DNA of 64,000 bases from Marsupella aquatica (taxonomy: Eukaryota > Plantae > Marchantiophyta), in contig OZ316892.1 in assembly GCA_973895155.1 (NCBI GenBank), positions 25,071,233 to 25,135,232 on the forward strand, read 5' to 3'. Both the position numbers and the translations under genes were made by a program. Each line of letters starts with the position of its first letter. The first letter of the stretch is position 1. The notes beneath the pieces were generated by a model, which worked only from the letters and a program-made list of their open reading frames with translations, made no database searches and was not told the origin of the DNA. Shown one piece after another: positions 25,330 to 39,564 of this stretch.

Positions 25330-26939
25330 TTAACACACGGATGTGAACTCGGGGTCCGCCCACAGAGCCTCAAGAATGTGAGGGAATTGACAGATCATGA
25401 CAGAGTAATTGCCCTCCCCAAGAGCACTGGGCAACAGAACAGTCTGCCCCTTCCTGCAGTTCTGGGCAGGGAGGTTGACGGCAACATTGATGGGCTTTCC
25501 GTAGCCAAAGTCAATATCGTTCAAACCAAAGCGAACCCATGAAGCGAGCCCCATCTGATAATCCGTTCGGTTGATGCTGGTCTTCCATGGGTTTCTCAAG
25601 TCCATTTCGTCGATTATGGTCCAGAAGGTCTCCCTTGTGATGCCCCTGATTGCCTTGCGGATCAAGCCAGCTGCATATGATATCGGTTTGGACAAAATGT
25701 CCGAGGCTGGAACTCCTGTGACTGAAGCACTGGTCACCACATTGCCGAAGTAGTGGGGAGACACCCCCATCCTGCTTCTGCCTTCCACGGCTGTGGTGAA
25801 CACTGTAGTATCGCTAATTCCAACTTGGGCATATACTCTTGACAAACTCCTCCAAAGATGCGCACAGACGCAATCCATGCGGGACAACTCCGGGTTCTCT
25901 TTCTTAGCTTGCAGGATCACCTTGTCCATAGCTTCCTTCCTAATGTGGAGAGTCCTAACTGCGTATTTCGCCTTCAGAACTTGTTGGATCTTTGCTGCTT
26001 CTGTGGCAGTAACCGATGGTGGTGCCGCCGACGCAGTTCCATTGGAGGAGGCTGTGTCCGAAGAGAAGGGGGACTTTGTGCTCAAAATTGATCGGTCGTG
26101 CTCTGGGGCGATGGAGGTACTCCCTGTTCGTGAGATCTCCGACCACGCCGTGAAGAAACTCACTGCAGCTGTCATATCAGCGAGAATATGGTTCCAGGAT
26201 AGTGCCAACACGAGTCCTCCACAGCTGAAGCGTGTGACCTGCACTAATGCGAAGGTAATTGTGTGGGATTAGTTATCGGCAAACACATTTCTTAAAATTC
26301 AGGGCATAATGAAGTAGCACACTGATGTTGTGGCCGAATTGTCATCAGCCAAAGTCAAAGACGAGAAATAGTTACCGAGACGTTTTCAACCCCACCAAGG
26401 TACTCGAAATTCTTTCATGCAGAAAGCTATACCTGAACGAAGAAGGGTGGGTTGCCTTCCTGAAAGTAGTCCTGAATTTGCTTGAACCCATCCAGTCCAG
26501 CAGGCTCGAACCCGGAAAGATAAGCTACAGGCCTGAAATCCTGCTTCAGGTTCAGAAACGGGGCCATCTCCGAATCGAGAACTGCCTCCGTGAATGGAAC
26601 TCCTACATCATTGTACAGGAGCTGTCGGGGATGATCCGGGTCTGTGGTCTTCAGCACCCGTCCTGCCATGGGATAGAATGCCACCAGAGTCTCGGCCAGA
26701 GAACTCTTCAATCTGTTGATAAAGCTACTGTAAGTGGCATCTGTAGTGTCCGGGAGCTGATAACAAAAGAGCACCGGCACGTACCGATCCATGTGCAAGT
26801 GATCCAGGTGGCTAGGATTGAGCTTTTCTGGATGCTGAGTGATCCTCGCCGGCATCACATAGCCGGTCTTCACATTCTCGAAGAAATCGTCATACGATCC
26901 CTCCGTTCCATCAATGTTCACCACCCCTGCACTCCCCAT
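25330..26939 (-). CDS. BAHD-family acyltransferase, 2 exons, ~471 aa
   Basis: Exons 26939-26433 and 26238-25330, with the intron at the conserved 'Q' position (FVQ|VTRFSCGG). Motifs: LKSSLAETLVAFYPMAGR, catalytic HxxxD (HILAD), YFGN, and DFGWG-like DFGYG. Confidence 0.95.
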
Positions 26940-29900
26940 ATTTGGACGAACGACTCAATTGACGCGCGAAGGACGAAGAGGAAGGAATGAAAGGATGAGA
27001 GCAATTGATCTCCAAGGATCCCAATGGGATTATGTGATCCGCAATTTATACCCGAAATCCGGAACAGGTGGAAAGAATGATTAAATAAACGGAAGAATTG
27101 AATGTGTAGGGGTCCAATGAAGTCATGGGACCACCGAAGTCTCGAACAGCAATAATCGATGAAATGACGAAATGAGTGTCCGAGGAGACCAACAATGTGT
27201 CTCAATCTCAAAGTGACAGGACAGACCCAATGGTCACCAAGTTCACGGGACTAAGTCACTACTAAAGCAAATCCTTCAACCACTCCACTTTCACAGCCGA
27301 GTGGGAGGACAGGGAGTGCGCTGAGACTATCAAACGCTTTGGTTAGAATCTTACTCGCTTCGCATGCCGCCCCTCGCTCTCTCTCTCATTGCTGACCCGG
27401 CTTTATGCCTTTGAGCCTCTCCTGGACTTCTGGCAAAGAAACAATTCACAGCAATGCCGAGTCCTCCAGTATAACAAGATCGCACTCTCTCACTAGTACG
27501 GAACAAGGATCCTCGAGACTATCAACTGAGCCAATCTGGAGCTGGTGCTCAACAGTGATGAAGGCGTAGGGGGCTACAGCAAAGAGTCTATGTTTCTGAA
27601 GTGCAGTACACTGTCTTTCTGGGAACTTGTCCGGCATGCGTCAAATTTTCAGCCGATGACTGAAGCGGAGATCCAGACCTTGAGGAACCGCCCGGGCGCT
27701 CTAGTGGATTGACCGCATGTTGCACAAAGTCACGGAGCGAGTCACACTCTGACCAGGTATCATCTCGCTTTCTTCGGTGCCCCCCCCCCCCTAAATGCTT
27801 TTCTACTTCTCAGTAGAGCCCCCCCGAAATCGAAGGTCTCTCGCTCTCGCTCTCCATCGAACTGGACTGCCCTTCCAAGCAACAATCATACCTCACCTGA
27901 AATAAAGTCGAGGGAAAAAGGATATGCGACGAAGTAGCCACGTAGAAGTCTCGATGGTTTATCAGTCTAGAAAATGCTAAACGTTCGAACAATGGGTACT
28001 GTAGGTACCCGTGATGCTTTGCGTATTTTTAGTCTCATAATCTTTGCTTGGATTTCTAGCGATATTTGCTCGTTTAAAAGCTTACTCAATCTTCTTTCTT
28101 TTGAGCTATGGTGCGATCGTTCAATTCGCCTAATGCGCCTAATGAGTGTTTCATTCGTACACCTGACTTTATTCTATTTATATGTGTGTAGAAGGTTACC
28201 AGGCATTAGGGCTTGTCACGCCATAGCCCACAAGCAAAGTACTATGGACCAAAACTTTTAGGCCATAAGATTCTTATGGGGCTTATAATTAGGTAGCCTG
28301 AATCTTATGGGGCTTGTAATTAGGTAGCGGGACTAGCCACCTGGCCACCAGAAAACTGTTTAATGGGTTCATAGGTGAGTTATGGCACTGTTTTGACACT
28401 CCCTATTACTCCTGGGTGAAGCCAGAGAACCTATTCTGAAATTTATATGAGAAATAGAGTAGAGTAAAGTGCAAGTGACAGAAAGTTCAGAATGAGACTT
28501 TTACTCTGTAAAACTCAATTGAACAGTTTCAAAAAATTCACTCACGCTTTACTTTTGGTAACTCATTCCCTCTTGAAGATAATGGCTGTAACCCCCTCGG
28601 CCTCAGCACATTACTCCCTTTTGGGATGGGTTACCCTACACAAAAAACTTGAATTGTTAACAACACTATGATGGCTTTGATGGGAAACCTGTGAGCTAGA
28701 TGGAGACCCATCGAGGCCCCATGGGCTTACCATAGCTCTTTATGGTCTGATCACCTATTCCTTGAAGGCAAATAGAGATGAAGACAAAAATAACTTGCAA
28801 AGAAAAATTCTATGCTATCTCTCATTTATATTTGCCCTATCCTGTTTTTTGGATTTTGCCTTTATTTTCAAGTGCAGGTTTGTCCATATTTGGAGTTAAG
28901 ACTATTGAAATTCTCCACTAATGAGATACTTGGATGGATGAGATGCTGTCTTAAAGGTCACAAAAAATCTCTGGTAATGGTCCCTCTACACCTTGGGGAT
29001 TTACCATCGGCTATTTTATGTAATGCATCTGTGATTGTATGTGGTTGGTAAACAGGTCTTTTATGTATAGTCTGCTCTCTCTAAGCACACACTTCATAAG
29101 CACTTACCGTCTATTAGTGCAGGTCATCCTGTTCTTTCTTTTTTCTTTGACACGGGATAAGCAGTTTTTCGAAGGGCGCACACAGGTCTAAAATCATTTC
29201 ACTAAATGACAACTTTATAAGTGCTTACCCTTGATAAGTGTGTCTGTGCTCTATCTGTAAATGCACAAAATCATGAAATTGCATTTGCGGATAAATGCAT
29301 GCCCATTCTTAGTAGAGTATAGAATGCACTTAAGGAGGGTGGGCACAAAATTAGGGCAGGAATACAAAGTACAAGGGTGACTACTCACGAACAGAGGGGC
29401 TCTAGATTTAACAAATGAGTCTAAATTGAACACACTTATCGATAAGTGCACCTTTTTAGGGGGTGCGCTTATCAAGGAATGCAATACCTGGTTTAGTGGA
29501 TGCTGGATCCATGTTCCCGAGAGCGTGCATTTAGAGAGAGTTAACTGTAGATCTAGTACTATAGTTGACGTTTCAAAGTGAGAAAGTTCCTTGATGAATA
29601 ACGAAATTGGTTTGACGTTCTTAAGGAGGTAGGTGAGGTTGGTAGTTGCTTTCATGTGCAGAATTTTGTGGAGAAGAACGTCGGCTTCATCAATGATTGG
29701 TCTTCTTATTTTTAGAGGAAGAGCACGACTTCATCAATGACTTTCTCGATGGTAGTGAACATTTGGCGAATACTCATTCCAGAGTTTTGAATTTGGTGTG
29801 CACAAGCTGGTAGACTTTTCACATGGCCACTACTACAAACGACAACTTTAGTCAAGATTCCACTAAAAAGACAAGACCAGATCTCACGACTATACACCCT

Positions 29901-32737
29901 CCTTGTGAATCTTTGCTGTGAATTTTCCTTTCAAATGTCATTGATGGATGTGGGCCATAACCCCCTCCACCAGTCTAGCCCCAAGATTCTGTGATTTAAA
30001 TGTTTGTGTTGTTTCATTGAAGGATGTGGGCCCTAATCTCCTCTCCAGCCTAGCTCCATAATTTTACAATTTAAGTGTTTATGTTAGTGGCATGGATCAA
30101 GTTTGGGACTCCACCCTGGCATAGTTTTCTAGAAACTCACAAGGACGGTTCAGATTAGTAACCTCAGGTTATTCTCGGGGGTTATTGACTGTAACCCCCT
30201 CAGGCTCACTGCCCTAGGAGGTTACACCCCATACCCACTCCAGCCCATGGGTTCCCTTATACATATACCTACTCAGAAACTGATGTTATTTCCTCCTGAT
30301 CTCCAGTCCCTCTCTGGATAATTGACTTTTCCCCCAAAGTATTATAATCAAAGGTTTCCACTTATGCAGAAACCTCCAAGTGAGACCATTTCAGAGCGTC
30401 ATGCGGTAATGTAGATGGTTTAAAAAATTCCAACGGTTAGGAAAGGCTTCTGCTTCATATATACCCCGTGATTGTTACTCCCTATTAATTGAGACAATGA
30501 TGAATTTGCATGAAATTAGGTCATGAAATAGAGAGTAAGACGTGGAAAGGTTGGTGCGGCAGGCTAAAAATTTCAATTGCGAAGGAGACCGTGATGAAAT
30601 TTCTTGGCCAGCACCATGAACGGTTGCAAATTGTTCAGAGCGAAATTCGTTTACAAGTTCAATCTCACTCTTGATATCCTCTGATGGGCAGGGCCGTTGA
30701 AAACGTAGGTGGGTCCGTAACTGCCGATTCCAAGAGACCGCCCTCAAGGTCACGGAATAAAAACAGCATAAATCATGCACTGTTACATGTACTGGGTTCC
30801 TTCCTTGCCCTCAGGCAGGAGATGGATGTGTAAAGTCTGGTTTCCTTTCATGACCAAGAAACCCAGGTCTCAAACAGAAAAATAGGGTGTAGGGTAAGGC
30901 TACCCGGCGACAAAAAGTTCAGACTGCACCCTAAAAATGTTGTTTATTTCGTTGGAAGATTCCAAAAGAATACTCGAAACATGTACAATAAACCCTATAC
31001 GAAGCTCAATGTGAGCAGCGTGTCTTGGTACTGAGTTGTCCATGACAAATGCGAATGGCGAAAGGAATACTAAATTTGACTAAGAAGCGGCACCCAACCA
31101 AAAATCGATGTCCTACCAAGGTGGATGTGTTATTGTATAAACGGGATTGAAATACCAAGTGGTGCGAGGTCTCCAGAATCCTAGTTGCCTGCAAACAAGG
31201 GGTAGTGACGTCAGGATTTCACATAACATAGGTCACACGCTTCAGAAGAAGTCTCGCTTCCACACCACGCATCAAAAACCAATCCATGGAGACGGCACAT
31301 TGCAAAACTGGCTGGATGACTGAACGGACCAGGAGGGACCTTGGAGCAAGCAGGGGACAGTTGTCTCCGCGAATGGCATTCCTAGTACAGATAACATGGA
31401 CCGCAACTGAAGAAGATCTAATCGACAAAGATCGGCTCGGACCCTTGGACGATCCCTTACTTTGCAGGAGCATCGTTTGGTTATAGCCAGTTGGGTAGAG
31501 AGAAAGTTGCTTTGTTGAGATTTCAAAAATTCATCCACTAGCCACCTACGGGTATTTTTGTATCTCGTTACCATTCCCAGGACCAGCACGACCGCAGCCT
31601 CTGTGACCTCACGCCAAGCCTTCTAGAACAATCCACTTCAGCACCAAAAGGCCACCGCTTCAAACCCGAGGGGTCTTCAGTTACCAGAAGGTATCAAAAC
31701 ATACTAGTAGTCTAAGTGACTGCATTCAGAGAGGCGATGGTTGCCATCCAAATCATATCCGAGCTCCAATTGTGTGTCACACAATAATTACAGCTTGTAC
31801 AAACTTCAACTGATCCATGAAGAATCGTAACATGGCGGGTGGGAAGTAACGAGCGATAGATTCAAACTAGGACTTGCCCAAAAGAGCTAAGCTTCTGTCA
31901 CAGCTGAAGCTACCGACAGAGGATAACTTTGCAGTCCTACTCAACAACAGACATGAAGAACAACCTACAATAATAATCTGAACCGTTGAAAGAGGTCCAG
32001 TTAAGAAAAACACATCATAAACTGCCATTGTAACTTCAAATTCTAGTCCACAGTAAGCTCCAGGTGACGATAAAGAGAGCGATTTCTCACTCAGCTGCCT
32101 TCAAACCCAATCTACGCTCCACAGCGTTCCAATCTGGAAGTACAGACAGTACTGCTAGCAAGAATGTAGCACCCTCCTTGCAATGCTTTTTAACAAGTTT
32201 TTAAAAAGTCACGTGACACACCTAATTGAATTGCGCGGGAGAAACGAGAAACCTCCACTTGGACAGACAAACACCATTGGGTAAGAAGCATCCACCAAAT
32301 TCCAAAATCAGTCACTGCTAAAACTAATCGGAAGTACATTAGGAACGCAAAAGACATGGTAAATTAAGCGACAACGCTACCAAAGATATTCTGACTCTCA
32401 ACATTAGCAACATTGAGTACCTCTTCATCACCATTTCCAACAAGTGCACCTCTAATAGGTGACTCAAAGCCTTCTTCTAGATGCGGGCGAGCCAATGCTA
32501 CAGCTTTTATAATTCTACATCCGTCCAAGTTGAGTTCAATGTAGGGTGAAGTGAGCTACTTCGTTACCTTCGACCTTCCAACAACGATTCCCAATAAGAA
32601 GGAAAAATTGCTGCCCGCACTCCAAAACGGCTATAAGCAACTAGTAGCCATATTACGACATCGCCAGGGCTTACAAATCAAATCGCCAGGAATTTTAGGG
32701 AAAAGACCACCAGTATATTGACTGTCTAGGAATCCCT

Positions 32738-33000
32738 GGTGCATTAGGTTGTATACCTACGAGGGGAAATTTACCTTCCGCAAGAGTGAGACCCCAAAGC
32801 TTGCACTCCCCAAACTGGACATCCTCATGACAGGAAACCCAAGTCAACAAAGCCACCATGAAATTGATTTAACTTGAAAAACACCCACGGTGCATTAGGT
32901 TGTGTATCTAAAAGGGGCAATAACCTTCCCCAAGAGTGAGTATCCCCAAACTTGAAGCCCCAAGATTCCACCTCTCAAATTGGAAATCCTCATAACAGGA
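32738..33000. repeat. Diverged direct duplication (~100-110 bp units) downstream of the Alba gene
   Basis: ggtgcattaggttgt...accttcc.caagagtgag...cccaaa...a.tgga.atcctcat.acagga at ~32738-32835 and ~32889-33000. Confidence 0.75.
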
Positions 33001-33345
33001 GTATACGAAAGAAGAATTAAAGTTAGTGCAAACAATTTCCTACACGAAAACTAAACCGCTTGAACCCCCTTTTACGGTAGAGGGAAGACCACGCCAGGCT
33101 TATTTCTAAGAACAATCATGATCGCCAATGACCAGTCCAAAACTTCTGCAAAAACAGCCTTCTCTCACAGGGGCCATCATAAAGCTCCCAACATTCACAA
33201 TGCAGTGCAGAAATCAAAGCAATAGCCCTATTATAGCTGTCATACGCAAGAGTGTAATAGCCCAAACTCTACTGAAAGCTGTTTTGCAACTAAAGATTCA
33301 ACCAACTGGTCCACTGCAGTAGGCTAGTCCTTCAGTATATTAACA

Positions 33346-36300
33346 TTACATTGCTCCACTCCCCCCGGGCCCCTGCATAGGACCGTCCGTTCGGAAACCT
33401 CGCCCTCTACCTCGACCCCTTCCTCTGCCCCGTCCACGTCCTGCAGAATGGAGATGGAAAATACTAGATTAATCCTTTGCATCATTGAAGTTCAAGACCA
33501 ATAACAACTACCATTGGGTAACTGATGTCCCATCCACTATCAGTTGACTTGAGCGACGGGACAAAAATCTGCGAGTATCCTGTCGCTGTCACATTTTACA
33601 AAGGATCCAAAAGCTGTCGAACTATGTTTAGACACTTTCCATAGGTCCCTCAGTCGAAGTAAAACCGTGGCAAACTTACCTTGTTGATGCAGTCCAAACC
33701 TCGTTATAGCATACGATTGTGACAACATGAGTTCTCACATTTGTACTACCTCGACATCATACAAAAGCCAGTGCTGACAAGTTCACCTACTAGTGACGTC
33801 ACTCAAAGAGTGCAAACTGCACTACATCTACTTATATTAAGAAATCCACGGATTTCCGTTTCCACCACTACAATTATCTTTCGACGCCAGACGGAGACAA
33901 TCACTCGCATAAAGAGAATGACTTACCTCGTCCACGTGGAGCTGCATCAGCGGCAGCAGTGGCGGCATTTACACCAATATCGTCATAACCCCCTGCCTCT
34001 TGCTGAAGGTCGGATCCTCCAAAGCCCCTGCCACGTCCTCTGAATCCACGTCCCCTTCCCCGGCCCCGACTGCGACCACGACCTCGGCCCCAACCACCAT
34101 CAACTCCCCCATTGCTAAATTCTCCACTCGGAGCTCCATTCCCTGCTGATGACAAGGCAAGGGTACCGCCATGAGCAAATCCACAAAGGTAGAAAATAAT
34201 ATCTATATGGAACTAATGTTCCTAAAGTCTACATCAAAATGGATCAAAAAGTACCACCTCCTGTGCCTCTGCCCCTCCCTCGGCCACGGCCTCCGTCCCT
34301 CCCACCACGGGGTGAACCCTCTGAAACCCCCCCCCCAAAAAAAGTGGAACGAGAATAGGAGGTTAGGCGTCACTAGGAGGTTGACAAGGACAGTGACCGG
34401 GACGTATCTAATATCACTCGGTGGGATCTAGAACAACCAACGCTCACCTCCTCATTACCCCAAATATCAATTGCTTGAGGACATCTTGGTCTAAGTTCAG
34501 AAGAAGCCTACCTCCTCCATCATACTCAAAATCTGCCAACGGCTTCACTTGATCAGCTGGTAAGGGCGGCTGGTACCTGTGATCCAGATATGGAGCTTAA
34601 TGTCAACTCTCAGAGTCAAACTAAACCCGCGTCCCTTACAACGAAAGATATGGAGATTTTATATGCCTAGATACATTTCAGAAGCTCTTGAGCAAATGTG
34701 AGGAAACTGTACTAAGATTACACACGTAAACACCCTGATAAGGCAAATCGCTTGCATATTCGTCTACTTTCACCGTTTCACAAGGTTTCTCGGAGGTATC
34801 ATTTCAATTGAAAAAGGTTGAAGGGAATAGAGAATGGAAGCAGGTCACACTACATCTATGGAATGGAAGTTCTAGTGCAGACTGCCCGACAGTACATTCC
34901 ACAAACAGTCGAAAACAGAGAATTAGACAAGACAAGGTAAGTAATTCAGAAAACTATAGTGATTGAAAACAAAGCAACCACTTCAGATGTTCCATTCCCC
35001 ATACCCCGTCGAAGTTGTGTCCAACTCCTTCGTAGATAACGTTATAGTGATCATAGAAACATGTCGAGTAGTTTCCAACCTGTTAAGAGACAATGTCAGC
35101 AAAATTAGCTTCCAAATGAAACCATCCACCAACAAGTTCGGGTTTGTCTATTACTTGACATCCAATACAACCCCATACTTGATTATTAACCGGTAGACAT
35201 ATTGCAGCCCTGATGCTACTTTCGCAAAACCAGTTCAGATCATCTCCAGCAAACTTACGGGAGAAGGCCTTCTTCAAGAGGTTGCCAGAGATCAGTTATA
35301 TCAGTTGATCCAATAGAAGTATTTTGATGAAGACCAGCGATCCTCCGCTGCATAACGTGCAAAGTAAACTGTAAGATACTCTACTACAGAAAGAGTGTTT
35401 TACAAATTCACCTACACGTGAATTTTACTTCAACAACCGTCATCCAAATTACGTCGAAGCAATCGCGCTGCTATTTTAAACAAAAGAACTGTAATGTCTA
35501 AACTTCTAAGATTCGAAACTGCCACCTAAAAGTTCACACATGCCAAAAACAGTATCATGGCAGAAAATCAACACAAAACTAATACATGAAAAGAAGAGAA
35601 TCTACTAATACTTCGGACGAACAAATTGCAAAGCACGCAGGCACACGCTAACCTTAATGATCTCTGCAATAGTTACAGTCTTGTTTATAGCACGACCCAT
35701 CGCCTTCAAGACAATTTCAGACGCTCCTTTATCCTGAAGTGACCAAACACGAAGATGCAAAGGTCAGCTTTCCAAGCATCCTAATGGTCTAAGCCTTCCG
35801 AGACCTACAGTCCTGCATTCTTGACAAGTACATTGTGACACTAAAAAATTCAAGTGAAAAGATTCTGCATCCGTGGGTTTAGAACTGCCGAAAAATGTAA
35901 TTACCACCAACAATGGCGTCCACGCTTCAGAAAGTCGGACAACCTAAAATCATGACATCGACCTGCCCCAGCTAAATCCTGGATTCAAAATGCCGAAGAA
36001 AGTCTGCCAAAATTTCCGAACAAGGATACGCTCCATGTACTACCCTGCTTTCAGTAGAGGCAACCCTAATAGAAAAGATAGACCTTCTAGACGCAGACAA
36101 CGCCATTCGCATGAACGAATTTTGCGTCTGTTCGCTGTGTGGATCCCAAGCATTCGGTAAGGTAATATACAAGGCGATAATTCGCAGATCTAGACCAAGT
36201 AAAGAACCCGTAAGCAGTTCACTCGAGGACAAGCGATTAAAGACCACAACCAGGCCATCGAGACCATTCTCGAAGAAAGCCCTAGGCCAGAAGTAAACAA

Positions 36301-37101
36301 TGGATTCATTTGCTCTGCCTCTCTATCGCCAATCAGCCTTTTTCATCCAGAGTCACAATTATCTTGTGGCTAGTACCCTACACTCGAGAACAACAAGAAC
36401 CGCGCCTCCAACAGTGACCTCAGAAGCCAGTCATCGGTCATGACAGAACTCAAGTGGCAACAGTCGCCGATCACCATCCCTCCAACCCTCGTGTGCTTCT
36501 ATGTTTTCGACGGGGACCAGGATATAGATGAGAGTCAACGACTTCTTGCAAACTAGTGGCGCGCCACAAAAGTGTTCAACCCAAAGCAGGGGTTTAGCGC
36601 CGCAAGGCGTATCTGTTCCTGCTCAGGCTAGTAAGTAATGACGCACGGCCCGGAAGAGACTATCACAAATGGTCTAGGAAAGAAACCCGAAAAACTCCCC
36701 GTTCGTCCGTTCCGGCAACAGGTTTTGCTTGGCAGCCCTGCCTGCTTCGTAGGATTTACTTATGGAGTTAGCTTCAGTAGACATACGACCCTCGTACCCT
36801 ATTACTCCAGATCACGTAGCTCCACTGGAAGCGGATCCACTCAACAGCATAGTGAGAAGGGACCGGAATACAAGAGGAGGGCGAAGACGACGGCAGCATT
36901 CTAAGGACCTACAGATGACAATCTAAAACCTCTGGCCGCATGCAGGTGAGAAATGGAAGAGAACGTCAAAGAACTAACCTGAAGAAGAGTCGTGGCATAA
37001 GTGATGTAGTTACGCATCTTCCCTTGAGTAGTGATACGGATCTCATTCTCGCTTATAGGAGTCTCTGGCCGGGGTTTCTCCACCCTCTGATACCGATCCA
37101 T
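33346..37101 (-). CDS. ALBA: Alba DNA/RNA-binding protein (Rpp25/MDP2-like subfamily) with a C-terminal RGG/RG-rich domain, 8 coding exons
   Basis: Exons 37101-36979 (MDRYQRVEKPRPETPISENEIRITTQGKMRNYITYATTLLQ), 35733-35653 (DKGASEIVLKAMGRAINKTVTIAEIIK), 35347-35259, 35079-35005 (LETTRHVSMITITLSTKELD), 34576-34512 (YQPPLPADQVKP), 34320-~34258, 34142-33927 and 33440-33346 (RG repeats). All are GT-AG and phase-compatible. A probable 5'UTR intron lies at ~37247-37730. Confidence 0.95.
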
Positions 37102-39564
37102 AGCTCGGCTGACGAAGCGCACTCAGATCCTGGCTTCTTGGATCTCAAGAAATGTGTATCTTGCCCTTTCCAAGTGTATTAATCTTCCCGGCGCAGTATT
37201 GACAAGCACCAGTACACTGTCCCCACGGCTGACAGGGAGCGACGAGCTGAACAGGAGAGGAATAACAAAGCAAATTGCGAATCAACAAAAGTGGACAATG
37301 GCAAACATCCTCAACTGAATATGCCACGAGAGAATCAAGATCTAGCCAAGAAAGTAGGGAGCTGACGTCGCGAACCGGATTTACAAAAATAGAAAAAATA
37401 AAATAGACCTATAACCGACTAAAACCGTGCAAGATTGCACTACTGTAGAAAGCGGTTCCAAACTATCAAACCCCAGCGTACGCCCTAACGAATGTGAGAA
37501 ATGCCTTTCCACGGAGGGAAAAATTGCCTCCCTCAATCGAATGACCCGACAATGACAACCTCGTTCTCCAGAGACGTACCCTATCACTATCCAAGATTAC
37601 TACGTTGTTGCTCCTACTCCTAACGAAACTACCAATATGTGCTCCACCTCCTTCACACTACGGCAGGTAGAACCATTACTTCAACGACAATTTAACTCAA
37701 ATTCCTCTGGAAGCACCCACCCCGCCTTACTGATCTCCCTCCCGCAACGCAACTGACGCGCGTCCCGTCCCGCCTGGCTCTCTCCCTCCGCCTGCTCTGT
37801 TAACCCCTCGCTCGGGCGCTCTGCTCACCAGTAGTGTATCCGAAAAAGTGTAAAGAAATAGAATAGTCACTCGAACATGGAGAAAGCGCGCGTGCGCGTG
37901 CGTGAGTGCAGTGCCGTGCCTTCCTGCCTGCCCCCGGCCAAACCCCGCTCTCCTCTCTGTCCCGCCTACAGATTCCTCTGCAAAAGCTACTCTTCCCCTA
38001 ATTCCCCGAAATCCCCGAGAAAAAGCACAGCCTCCTCCTCTCTCTCTCCTTTCCTCTCGATTACTCCCACTGACAGGAAGCAGGATCGATACACAAGTAG
38101 TACACCACAACCTCTCTCGAAACTCCTACGATCCGCCTCAAGTGGACCCCCGCGGCCTTTTCCTGTCCGCTCTCTCCCTCTCGCTCTCTACGCAAAAGCT
38201 ACAAAACTATGGGCGCTCGACACAAACTACAAAAGCAAACTGTCGAGGATGCTCGACAATCCATTCACTCAAAAGAATTGAATCCTCGTCGCCACGATGC
38301 GTCGACCATGGAACCCTCAACCGTAATCGAAGCCCGGCCCCTACACCTCTGCAGTCTGCTCTTTGCCGTGCCAGCGAGCAAGCGTGCGAGTAGAAAAAAG
38401 TCCCGGGAACGCAAACCAGCGATGAACAAACCAAAAGCACCTCGCTCTTAAAAAATGCTCCCCCCAGGTACTGAGTGCTGACTGATCCACCCCGTCCCTG
38501 TCTCTCGGCTTCGCTCCGAGGCTCCGCTTCGTAATTGTAGGATCTCTGTTCCTATTTGTTTCCACGCGCAAACGCAGACTCCCCGGTTTATGAAATCTCC
38601 CTAAACACCCCAGGCCTTTGCCCCTGTCCCGGTCCAACAGCAAAACAACTGCTAACAATAGAAGTGTTCAAATTTGCTCTCGAGGGATTGTGACGGTTTA
38701 TCTCAGATTGAATGGTCCAGATCGACATAGCGTGAGAATTAATAGATTCCACCATATTTTGCGAAAATAGGTCTTGAGGTACAGTCCGTTAAGAGACGAT
38801 CCAGGCGCAACTCCCGTCCCTTGCCCTACCCTTCCTCGGGAGTCGGGACCTGTGGAGAATGGTGACCGAAGCTAGCCCTTCAAGGCGGGAGGGCCCGCCC
38901 TAACGAATTGCTGTTCGGTGGTTGGTCGAATGATGTTATTCCGCTTCTCCCGCTTATTACCCGAAGAGAGAAACCCGGGCAGACAGCGACTCAACCTGAA
39001 GCCCAGCTCCCCGGCCCGGCCGCGCGTGCCGGGTCCCCTAAGACATGTCAGGACCGGTGTACAGTAGTGTCCCTAAGATTTCGACTCGAATTATTCTCTC
39101 ATGACTCGCGCGAAAATAACAGTGTTAATGGAGGGCCCCCAAGTGACACTTTGTGGGAGTGGTTACCCCATCCCGGTTTGCAGGACATACAGAAAAATAT
39201 TAATTGTGTTTTGTTTTAGGAAGTGAGAATTCGAAGGCCCCATGGACATTTCCCAAATTTTGAGTCCAATTGTAATAACTTGACACAAAAATTCATTTAT
39301 TCTTCAGTTTTGAAAATACGCTAGAGTAGGTAAACCCAAAAAAACAAACCGCTAGCCGGTCTTGCCAAGCCCATATGCATCCCTGGCAACTGTACACAAA
39401 AGAATTAGTTTGTGAACCCCAATCTCTTTTGTGTTTGTAGTTTTAGATGTTAAAATTGAAATGTAGTTGATATTTTTGTTGAACAATGTGTGATAGTGAG
39501 CATGTATTTATTGGTAGGTGATTGTTTGGATACATTTATAGTGTTAGGTAAACTAAACTTTGAC

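Noticed and set aside
25793-26990. 159-aa and 221-aa plus-strand ORFs
   Set aside because: Antisense shadows of the BAHD exons.
37727-38658. Several overlapping 100-160 aa ORFs
   Set aside because: GC/GA-rich 5'UTR/promoter of the Alba gene, with low-complexity translations and no recognisable family.
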